DNA of 61,998 nucleotides, filler included, from Hausera hauseri (taxonomy: Eukaryota): NCBI GenBank assembly GCA_046269625.1. It is 11 parts of 11 records of this genome, joined end to end, with 100 filler letters (N's around TTAATTAATTAA, not from the genome) between each part and the next. Parts side by side here need not be neighbours in the genome. Positions count along the whole stretch, not along the records: positions 33,756 to 39,114 come from JBJURY010271841.1; positions 39,215 to 47,310 come from JBJURY010778759.1; 9 more parts are not named here. One strand, written 5' to 3'. This document shows, piece by piece, positions 36,701 through 47,410 of the stretch. Each line of letters starts with the position of its first letter. Position 1 is the first letter of the stretch. The notes under the pieces were generated by a model. That model made no database searches. It saw nothing but the letters and a program-made list of their open reading frames with translations, and was not told the DNA's origin. A program made the position numbers and the translations under genes.

Positions 36701-39114
36701 TTGTCTAACTTTGACTAGGGTTCTTTCTCTTCAACCGAATTCTATATTTCACATAATCTTTTTATATTTTCGTTCACTTCATCTATCCTAGTCCAGTATG
36801 TTCGTACTAAGTTATTACGTATTAATCCACCTTTTCGTTCATTCAAAATTCTGACGCACGTCCAACCAAGATGAGTCAGTCTGGCTATTGGTCCTCCCGA
36901 CTTTTCTGGGATTTCTTTTATAGATCTGTGAAGGTGTATGTAATTAGCATCTATAATTCCGTCTACCTGTTTATTTTCTCCAACTTCTACAAATTTAATA
37001 TCTCGTAAGTGTGGCCACCACCTTCTTTCTATAGTCCAACCGACAACGTTCATGCTTCCTGTCGGCTTTTCCATGGACAGAGCATCGAATTGCACGCAAA
37101 TGTTATTATCCAAACTTTGTAAGATCATGTGAACTCTTGTCATTTTTTGTTTTCGTTGCATTCCCCCAACTGCTGCTACTGTGACATTCTCTACTCCACT
37201 GATTCTCAATTGTCGTGCAACGTCTTCTTCGAGGAAACTCAGTGCTAGCATCGTCTAATAACATATTCACTTTAATTTTCATATTCCCGTTAATTAAATA
37301 CACTTATATGGTCCTCAATGCTATTTTGTCTTGAAATTCGAATTTCTCGTTCGCCATTTTCATCATGTAAGTTAGTCTTTCTGATTTATCGCATTCATTT
37401 GTTTGGCAGGAAGTATCGTTTGATTGTGATTTAGCTTTGTTAATATCAATTGAGGTTTCAGATGTTTCGTCCTTGTGTAAATCTCTATCAGGAATTTTTG
37501 AATAGTTAACTCCTGGTTTTAAGACGTTTAGATAATTTTCATGTTTAAACCGACAATTTCTACCATACTTGCAATTCCCGTTTTGGAAATATAGGCAAAG
37601 TTTTTGCTTTGTACTTTTATAATCACTTTGATCTCTTCGTGTCAAAATGTACAAGATTCGCCAAAACGGCACTTTCCTGCTTAGAAATATTTGCAAGGTC
37701 TCTGTTAAATTTCCACGTCTCCTCGACAGTTATTACGCCTTTCATTTTCGTTTTCTGCAGTATTGAAGTCAATTTAATTTGTTGGCTTAGACTTTTCCTC
37801 TTTCCTGCAAGTAAAAAAGGAACTTTTCACTAATTTTTCGGAATGTCTAATTTTGTTTGGCATTAAAGCATTTATTACGTGAACTCCTGCAGCAATACGT
37901 TTCAGTTCCGCTTCTTTTTCTACCCATGCTTTTAAGTTCTGCACATTTCGGATTTTGTCTTTGTCATCACGATAACGTTCATACGTCAATACCATAACGT
38001 CGGGTAGCTTGGATCAAATTTTGGTACAATAGACCACCTTCCAATTCTGTTTCACGGTCTGAATGTTTAAGTCTTACAATAACTGAGTCCAGGAATGTGG
38101 CGAAGGAGTCCAATTCTTTTATACTCTGTACACATATTTTTTGAAACTCCATAATCTCTGACATGAGAGAAGCGTAATTCCTCTAATTTTCTCCATAATA
38201 ACCTTCCGACTTTTCAATGGCTGCCTTGTAAGAATCTTCGGAGACGTAATAGTTTTGAACCAAACGCTTTGCTTCTTCATACAAACAGTTAGCTAATTGA
38301 ACTTGTTAGCTAATTAAAAATTTGTCGCCATTTTTCAAATTTCGCGACATTTCTACCAAATTTCGGAAGTTCCATGCGCTTTAATTTTGGCTCTAAGTAT
38401 TCATTACGCGTTTTTGCATCAGATTTACCATCTAATGTTACAAGACTTCTCATCTAAATCATCTTCACTATGTCTTCATTTTGTACTTCGATGGTTCTTG
38501 ATTCGTCATTTAATTCTGCCAGTTCTTCCTTTTCTTTAAATTTCTAGCATACAATTTCAATGCGCTGATTTCCATTGACAAATTTTTGAAGTTTTCATCG
38601 TATCGATCATTTTGAAGTTTAAATTCGTTTTCCGTCAATCCTCTATTCATCAATGACTTTCTTTGCATCATTAATTCATACTTCAACTCATCTTTGGCTA
38701 GTAATCGGTTTTCAAACTCTTCATTTTCACTTGTACTTCCTCCCTGTAACCCACCACTGATGTTTACAGTTGCTCCTTGCGGATCTTCTGTAATGTTTCG
38801 TCACCATTCCATTTCTTGTTCTTGTATATAATTACGAATTTCTCCATTCCCATAGTATATTTTTCGGATCTTTCCTTTTAACGCTTTTATGGTTTCTATT
38901 TCGTTAATATCAACAACAACTAACGGATTTTTATTTACTTTCACAATTATTCGTTTTAATTTAGATCTTCCGAGCTTTGTCTTCCTTTTCTGAATTTGTT
39001 TTTGTTTTTTCTGTTTTTTCCTTTTCTGTTTTTTCTAAGTTTTGACCATCTCCATCTTCTTTAATAATGCCCCTAACTGTTCCAATTTCCCTTTGAAAAT
39101 TGGTATACTTTCAC
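33756..39114 (-). mobile_element. BEL/Pao LTR retrotransposon gag-pol, decayed
   Basis: Protease LLDDAS; ARLTHLGW; LPHFAVLKPDRSTTKVRVVFDAA; DIAEMFL; YMDD at about 36030; KALGLKW; TKRNVLS..KIFDPLG; NPADYLSRG; INT AVHLELV/SDNRTNF. Confidence 0.95.
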
Positions 39115-39214
39115 NNNNNNNNNNNNNNNNNNNNNNNNNNNNNNNNNNNNNNNNNNNNTTAATTAATTAANNNNNNNNNNNNNNNNNNNNNNNNNNNNNN
39201 NNNNNNNNNNNNNN

Positions 39215-39875
39215 CCTTCAAATGATCCTGGACCGAGACTCGAAAACTCAAAATTGTGGTGCTGTTTTCAGAAAATGACTTTTTCGCCACATTCGAAAAA
39301 TTGTTGCTGCCAAATGTTGGTATTACGCCATTATGTGACCAGCACCTTACGTAGACTGTTTGATTGGGTAGTAATCCATCATTGATCAACGTTTTTTCTG
39401 GTTCCATTATCAATTCCAAAATTGAGAGGGGTAAAAGAGTTATCTTTCGACTGAATATTCGTTTCGTTAAGTTGTCGCTCAAATTGACAAATTCCAGAAT
39501 ATCATGCCAGAGTTCAAGAAACAAATTATTCGATAAGTCATTAAAGTATATCCGTAGAATTTTCAATTGTCGATTTTCTGCATTTTCAAATTGGATTTCC
39601 TTGATGAATTTCCCCTTGAAAATGGCATAATCCTCTTTGCCAATGTTGAATGTAATGATTTCATTTTCCGGTTCGTGGGCGTTGGGATTTTTTATGAGTA
39701 CTGTTAGAATGTTCCAGAATGATTTCGATGATTTTTCATTGTTAAAATGAATGATAAGTGGTTTATTGATTTTCAATGGAAAGTCGTTTTGAATTTCAAA
39801 TTTGTATGACACGATTTTTGGAATGATGATTAACAAAATGAATGAACTACTCAATGATCCAAAAAACAAATTCAT
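39215..39875 (-). CDS. Unknown protein with a signal-peptide-like N-terminus, 3'-truncated by the contig end
   Basis: About 220 uninterrupted codons in AT-rich DNA from the ATG at 39875 (MNLFFGSLSSSFILLIIIPKIVSY...). No family recognised. Confidence 0.55.
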
Positions 39876-40129
39876 GAATAGGATAGGCTGAATTAACGTG
39901 AATAAATATGTTGAATATTCACAACTACAATAGTAATATGTTATCAGTAAACCGCTTAAATAGATAAGTGACAAGTATGGCTTATATTCGGTGTCAAAAA
40001 TAATACCTCTTATGATAACAGATTGGGGCACACCATTACTACAGTATGTCGCATAATCGGTGCACCATTTTGTGAATATGACTCTCAATCAGTGTTTTCA
40101 CATAAAACTGTAAAACAGATGCCTGATTC

Positions 40130-42370
40130 CAATACTTACAAGCCTTAATCAACGCAGTATTTCTGATTCTCTGGACCACGCATCGGACGTCAAGACCGGA
40201 CATTCTGGGTTTGGTTCGATGCTCGAAGTTTGGATCGATTCACTGTACAGAAAAATCGCTGAATTTTGGTGGTAAATTTTTGTTTCAGTCTTTTTGAAAT
40301 TTGTACTTTTTGATTTTCATTTGATGTTTTTTTGGATTTTTGTTATGTGGCTTTTTGATTTGCTTTTTGTGAACTGTTTCGGTTTGGATTGTTATTTTTA
40401 ATGCGGTTTTCGAATTTGTTTAACTGGACTCTTGGTCTTCAAGATCATATTCGATTTTTACTTTTTGGGATTTTTGTTGATTGGGAAAATGGTTATTTCT
40501 CTCACAGGTTTCAAATTCAAAAAGGTCAGTTTGGGATTCTGATCGATTTTTTGATTTTTCAATTTAGATTTTTTGGTAATTTAGAAATACTAGCATATCT
40601 GTAGTAGTAGTTGGCCTAAAAATTTTACACGGAAGGAGAGAAAAGGCAGCTCCTGAGTCTATAAGGAAGTCTATATGTGATGTATCACTGCATAACAGTG
40701 CAGCCTTCAACAGAATAACTGCATAGGCGGTGGTGAAACGGCGGGAAGTTTGAGCAATGTTGCTTGCGCCAGAAGGTGCCGTAAAATCTGGATGCACTAT
40801 TAGCTTTTTGGGGGATTTGGAGGAATGGAAGAAGAGAAAGAAAAGCTCGGAGATTTTTTGTTGCAATGTCTACAACCAGGCACACATAATCTGGCCTGTG
40901 ACTGATATTTGTTGTGGTATATACAAATAGGGTTGTTTACAGCGTATCGATCACTAGAGAATCGACAGCCCAAAAAATATTTCCTTGCTTCCTTTCGAAA
41001 ACGCGTGTGGTAGAAACAAGTCATACGTCCGCCAGGTGAAATGGACTAAGAAGAGTGCCTTGAAATATTTTGTTTCCTTGAAGGTCTGGTTTCACTTAAT
41101 CTAGGCCCATTAAGATTGTTTAGTTGGGTAGTAATGGGTAAAATCGATTGCTGTAGCTTGTGAAACTGTTGCTGCATCATTTGTAATTGTTGAGTAACAA
41201 ACGTTGTATCTGTACTTGAAGCACATGTGGTTGCAGCCGCAATTGGGAGAGAGCTGTTGGTATGAAGAATCTCAAAGGATTTGTCAGTCATTGTTGCCAG
41301 TTTTTCGATAGAAGTGGACTCATCGACAACGGTGAGTAAGGCTCTGATTGAGGTTGGTAAAGACGATAAGAAATAACGGCGAATTAAATCCGCGTTATTC
41401 GTAAGTGTCACTCCTAGAGTGCTGAACTGCAGAATGGCCGGTTGGACAAAATCGGATGGCTTTTGGCTTTCTATCGCGTGGTCGTTAAAATACTTTTGTA
41501 TTATATTGTCAATTGAAGGATCCGTGGCATGCAGTACAGCGTCACAGGGTGTCTCATAAGGTGTCGAGGATTGTAGCAGCTCGGAGATATTATTAATTTG
41601 CTGCTTGACGTTGGCAGGCAGAAGAATTAAAAAGCTATTGGCTCGCACAAAAGAATCAGTGATATTGTTCGATTTTAGCCACTGTTGGTGGAATTGGAGT
41701 TATGGTTTGCTGTAGTTTTTTTGTCGAAAAATTCAATACAAGGTAAATTTAACGAACCTCGTGACTGTTAGGAGTGTGGCAAACGACAGACCTTGCCCGT
41801 ATTTATGGATTTATCATCCGAGTAGGATGGATTTGGATCCGGTCCACCTCGGAGACGAAAATGGAGCATAAGATGGATAAATGGACATTCACGGTAGATG
41901 AAAGATAGGAGTGAGTCGACTGGTTGTACAGCGGTGCCTTGATATGTGAAATAGAAGTTAGACATGTTGAGTAAGGAGGACAAAAAGGTGTATAGTAGTT
42001 GAACTGTGACGTTGAATGGAGCTATAATGGTTGTAAGGTACCGATTATTTCTGAAGACAAAGAAGAAAACTTGCAGCGAAGTAGTCACAGGAGAATGATA
42101 AAGTACAGGGGAGCTTGTGTTTCCATCTGTGTTAACAAGAGGTACGGACACGCAGCCAGGGTAGCAGTGACAGTATCCAAAGACACTGAGCTCGAAAACT
42201 CTTTGAAATGAAAAATGGTGTTAGCCACGAGAGAACTGCATAAGCGCGAAAGGTGGCCGTACTGGTGGGCATGAATCACCGAAAAAAAACTCACCCACCT
42301 GTGTCCGAATGTGGTTCTTCTGAACGTCACGACGGTGTCCACATTGTTTCCGAGCATTGACGATATGATT
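40130..42370 (-). mobile_element. CsRn1-like Gypsy copy C: 5' region, complete UBL, gag and protease; truncated before RT
   Basis: Gag matches copy A (QKPSDF, LIRRYFLSSLPTSIRALLTVV); two CHCC knuckles; DFLIDSGAAFSLLP. Boundaries are approximate. Confidence 0.9.
41843..42076 (-). CDS. Complete ubiquitin-like domain (78 aa) ahead of Gag
   Basis: LQVFFFVFRNNRYLTTIIAPFNVTVQLLYTFLSSLLNMSNFYFTYQGTAVQPVDSLLSFIYRECPFIHLMLHFRLRGG aligns by eye with ubiquitin (MQIFV...SDTI...LIFAG...LHLVLRLRGG). Confidence 0.8.
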
Positions 42371-42381
42371 CCAATATAGAA

Positions 42382-43140
42382 CTATTGCGCCCAACAATTC
42401 TCACCGGCACGGAAATGTTGACTTCCCAGGTGCCAGGTTTCCTGATGATTCTTTCTGTAGCTTGCTAAGGTTTCTTCGATTGTACCACTTGTGAGTTCCG
42501 GGCGATTAATACACCGACAAAAAACTCTCAATACTGCAGATAAATATGACGGAATATCAAACGGGTGATCCTGGATGAAGGCACATAAACTCAAAACTTC
42601 ACTATGTGAGTCAACCACATGGCCCAGCTTCATTTTTATTGTTTGGAGCCCTTTGATTTTATTACACGTTTGTTGAATGAACTTTGAATTAATAACAAAC
42701 AGAAGGCACTGAATAAAACCGGAAAGGACATTTGGCGCTTCCTTGCTTCTTTCAATCTGTGATTTAGACAGTTTTAAAGACAGAATAGACGAGCGGTTTC
42801 AAATTTTCTGATCGAAAAATAACAAATAGATAACTGTAACTGATAATCTGCATCATTTTTGCAACAACATTCCGAACTCTCAATGTTCTGTGTTGTACGG
42901 CATTTTCCACGAAAGACAGCAAGGGTACAACACTGATTTTTAAATTATTACTCTGCATTTCAGACAACAGAATACTAAACACAGCTAGTGTGCAGTATCG
43001 AAGATGAGAATACAATGATGTTTCTTCTCTCCTCGGAATGTAATCAATACAAGCCGTAAATATGGCAAATATGTGAAAGATAAAATTCACAAAATCTACA
43101 AAACATGTCCGTTGGTGACTGCCATGGCGGTGAGAATTTC
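42382..43140 (-). pseudogene. PSME4: Proteasome activator PA200/Blm10 C-terminal fragment
   Basis: HSEVLSLCAFIQDHPFDIPSYL...TIEETLASYRKNHQETW matches the PSME4 C-terminal pattern HAGVLGL..PYDVP..VKKTLSNFRRTHHDNW. Frameshifted. Confidence 0.75.
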
Positions 43141-45350
43141 ATGAGCCGCAGTCGCGTCCCTAAATGATCGTTTTCTGGTTCGTTTGGAGGGCTGTGGACC
43201 AGAGTGTTCACATCAGACGGAATATCGATGCTTGAATCTAATGACTCCACGTCCGATATTTCGGATTCTATTCGGTCGGTTTGATTGATTCGGAGAGAAT
43301 TAATTATCAATTCAAATGCCTCTAGTCCTTTCTCTTTCAAAACAAGATGGGTTTGGGAAGCAAACACCTGAGTTAATTCTAAAGGAGATTTCGAAAAAAG
43401 TTCCTGATTACCAATCAGAAAATGTTTGAAATTACCACCATTTTTGGTTTCCATTCCTTCAACTGTCGATAGTACTTTGCACAATGGGATTATTTCTTCG
43501 CCAATGATTTTAAATGAAACTTCTCTGCCATGTTGATCTTTAATTTCGGCATGTGGAGCTGTAGTGTTGATGAATTCCAATAAGCTATCGTTGTTCAGCT
43601 TTTTACTATCTAATGTACAACTGAGGACGTAGCCAAGATGGAATTTCCATTTTAAAAATATGGATGTTCCATAACACAACTTGACCTTTTACCACTATGT
43701 CTTTCCAGTCAGCTGGGAAATCAGCTTTGTCCATGTAATGCGTACTTAACAATACAACTCTGTTTTCCTTAAAATCTTTCACAGCATTCCAAATATATCG
43801 CCTGGAAATTGGATCGACTCCATTGGCTGGTTCATCAAACAATAGTCTTTGGATCACCAAGAAGAACTATAGCGACACAATTTTATCTTTTGTTTCCCAC
43901 TTAGAGCCGATGCTCTCTTATTTCCTTCTTCTATTAAATGAAGAACAGTGAAAGGTTTATTTAACTGATTTAACACCTCATCTTTCGTCAGTTTCTTTAT
44001 ACTTTCAGATAGTCGCATATGTTCTAAACAAGTTAAGTTTTCAATTAAAATGTCATTTCCATGCATATACTAGTAATATTGTTTAATACCATTCTATCCC
44101 AGGGATAATCAGGGTCCAAATTGTACACGGTGATTTTACCAGCAGTTGTGCGGAGTAAAGCAACAATTATACTGAATGTCGTACTTTTACCGGCTCCGTT
44201 ATGACCTAAAACAGCTGTTATCACCTCTTCTTGAATATCTAAAATAACGTCCCTAACTGCCTTTAATTTGTGGGTTCGACAACATTTTGAGGAATGAAGC
44301 GTTTTCCCAAGGCAGGTTAAATGTACCTTAACTTTACTCAGGTTAACTTGTTCTACAAAATTGTCGTTTTCAGCATTGCTTTGATCTGTAACTTGTTCAG
44401 AAATAAGATGTTTCGGATAAATTACCCTTTTGAGGAAAGAAAAGATAAAATACCAAGGAAAAACATTATCAGTTCCTGTATCAATTATACAATCAAGGTA
44501 AACGGAAAATACACAGAGTAATAGCGAAGTAACAAAATTATATACCAATTTATAAGCCAGATCAGCATGTTTACTGAGTACTGTTAAGTTGGTTAATATA
44601 TCAATCTGTTTGTTCAAGAATCCAGTTACTGGAAACATGTATGCATACAATTTATGATTATTCACAACATCTGGAATTAATTTGCTCTCCAAAAGATATA
44701 TTATTATTATTATTAATCCAGTAACTATTTCCACGCAACTAACCAGAAGAACTAGAACTGTGACAACCCGTACAGACTTTGTGAGGGTTGTGAAGAAAAC
44801 TTTCCGAGCAAATAAAAATGATCCGATAGTAATATAATTACAAAATAACGGAAGGAAGTGACTAACCGTTCGATATTGTTCTGTTGTGAACGACGGTTTT
44901 ATTAAAACTACTTTTAGTCCAAATAATGAAAGTAATATGATTAAAACGGCATGGACTACATTTTCTTTGGATAAAGGCTTGGAACTTTCGATCCATTGCC
45001 AGACTTCATTGTTGGTCAGAATCTGGTCTAGATAGGTGATAAGTTCTAATTTGCTATCGATAGGCATTCCCTTCGTTACAATGCCAATTAAGCAGTTCCA
45101 TGCAGAAGATTTAATGTTATCTTAGACATTTAATGACATGTCAAGTGGTCGAATTATGCCGTTCATTACACCACTCCGTAGAACATAACGTATATCGATC
45201 CATTTTAATATGAAAATATGCATCTGATTTGTAGTACTTTCATCGCATTCACGATAACAATTGTTTATGAATTACTCAACCGCTCGAAAACAAAAGAAAT
45301 TTTCAACATTAATATCAGCAGTGTGTTTGTAGACTTCATTGAAACTTTGA
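43140..45350 (-). pseudogene. ABCA-subfamily transporter fragment (TMD1 and NBD1)
   Basis: Transmembrane helices, PWYF, Walker A LGHNGAGKSTT, LTCLEHM, signature LSGKQK, Walker B DEPANGVDPISRR..W, H-loop LLSTHYMD. Frameshifted and lacking the second half. Confidence 0.92.
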
Positions 45351-46800
45351 TCTGTCAACAACATGTGAGTATGTTCCAGAATACCTTCTTGAAATATATG
45401 CATTATGCTTGTTTCTAAATCCTTTATATCATAAAGCATGTCTTCGAATTCTTTATTAAGTTTTCTTGTGGTATTATTTTTTAAAATATGCTGCGTTATT
45501 CATTGAGAACAGATATTCTGCATTTTCAGGCAGATGAGATGCATCAGGAGAGTTTTCGACTATTGAACTGTGAGAGGGTAGCCTAGCTGAGGAAGATAAA
45601 CTATCCCGCACACTAGCACATTATCTCTAAATTGACGTAGCACTTCTGCCAACTTCGTGAGTAGTTCGGGTAGATGCAAAAATCTACTTCTTTTGTCGTC
45701 TAAATTCGAATCAACTCCTTCCTTTACAATAAATCATTTTTGTTTAGGTACTACGTCAGAGTCGATTATACTATTCAACCAATAAGCTATTATACACAAA
45801 TCATCGGTAAATTTCTTTTTGATTTTCATGGATATTTCTAATGTCTGTTCAACTTCACCGAATAGTTCTCGAATATTTATAAAATTGTATGCTGTCTGAT
45901 TTAATACACCCCATTTCGTGTCTTGCAATGACGACTGTTCCATATGGAGTAAAATTTTCTTTAAATTTGCAATATGTTTAAGACAATTCTGTATTAGATA
46001 ACGAATGTCGCTTTTGAATTTCGACTATATCAGTTAATGGCCGTTTGATCCAGCTTTTCAAAAGAATCAATGAAAATTTGTTATGGCAGTTATTAAGGAG
46101 ATTGAATACGCTAGGGTCCTCTTTTATGCCATGCTTGATACCGTGTTTAAAACCTGTTGGATGACTCACTTTATTAAAAATATCAAGAGACATCAAACTG
46201 TTATTGTCAGCATGCATTGTATTCGTCAGTGTACACTTTAATATCCAGTACGGGAATATTTGAAACATCTAATTCAAGTTCAATGCCGATTTTCCTTTTG
46301 TTTATGAGTTTAAGTAGTCCACCAATGGACCTTATCTTTATATACTCATTAATTGGAATAAATGATTTCATAAAGATCATCTTCTGCTCGGACATATACT
46401 TCGTTGCAAGCAATGAAAACTGACATTTTTCTCCTAGTCAAATTGTACGAAATATCGATATTCGTAACAAATGAAAATGCATCTTCATTGAGCATGGTTT
46501 TATCATTTGTCTCACCATCCAATAGATTTTTAATTTTCTCATAAATATCCTTTATCACAATGAGACGATTCGGTTGGACTACGAGCAAGAATGATAATAA
46601 ATCCCAATTGTCATCGCATTCAAAATCTGGTACCACATACACTATGTTTGACTTGACGTCATAACATGACGAACCCACGGTTTTGTTCTGACTGTATAAG
46701 AATAGAATAATTTCATGATTATTGTTAAGATCAGATCTGTCAATATTGTGGCTATCTTCGTTGGTCAAAGAACTCAATCATTATCTTCGTGAAACATCAT
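45350..46800 (-). pseudogene. MSH5: MutS homologue 5, N-terminal about 60%; no ATPase domain
   Basis: SLDIFNKVSHP..KE..SVFNLLNNC..LLKSWIKRPLTDIVEIQKRH, GVDSNLDDKR, IVYLPQLGY, YFKNNTTRKLN..DIKDLE. Frameshifted with no obvious introns. Confidence 0.85.
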
Positions 46801-47410
46801 TTCATGAGCCATTCAAAATGTGAATTAAAAATAAGTGAACAATCTGACACCAATCTGTGGGTTGTGAGTGTCTTGGATAACAATAAATTCCAAAAAGACG
46901 AAAGTTTCAGTCAACTTTGTATTTAAATTTTCAATCAATTTATAAAAAATCAGTTTCAATAAACTATCAATGTACGCATATATAATTTTATATACAGTTC
47001 ATAAATATTTTCTTTTTTGGCTGAACACCAATTCATTTTTGACAATTAACGTCCGATGTATGTCTGCTTTGACAGAACAAAATAAATAACAACAAATTTA
47101 ACTTGTCTTCCCAATACTAAATAGTTCGTTTACAACAATTATCCTTAAGTTTAGACAGTAGTTAAATTGTGTCAATATTCTGGCAGCCATTTATAAAATC
47201 GTCTTTATCTTCATTTTCCAGGTAACAAATTTGTTAAATATTTCGGAAATACTCTCTAGCTAATACATTAACTTGTTATTGTCGCTTTTTTCTTTCCTTC
47301 TTTCTAAGTTNNNNNNNNNNNNNNNNNNNNNNNNNNNNNNNNNNNNNNNNNNNNTTAATTAATTAANNNNNNNNNNNNNNNNNNNNNNNNNNNNNNNNNN
47401 NNNNNNNNNN

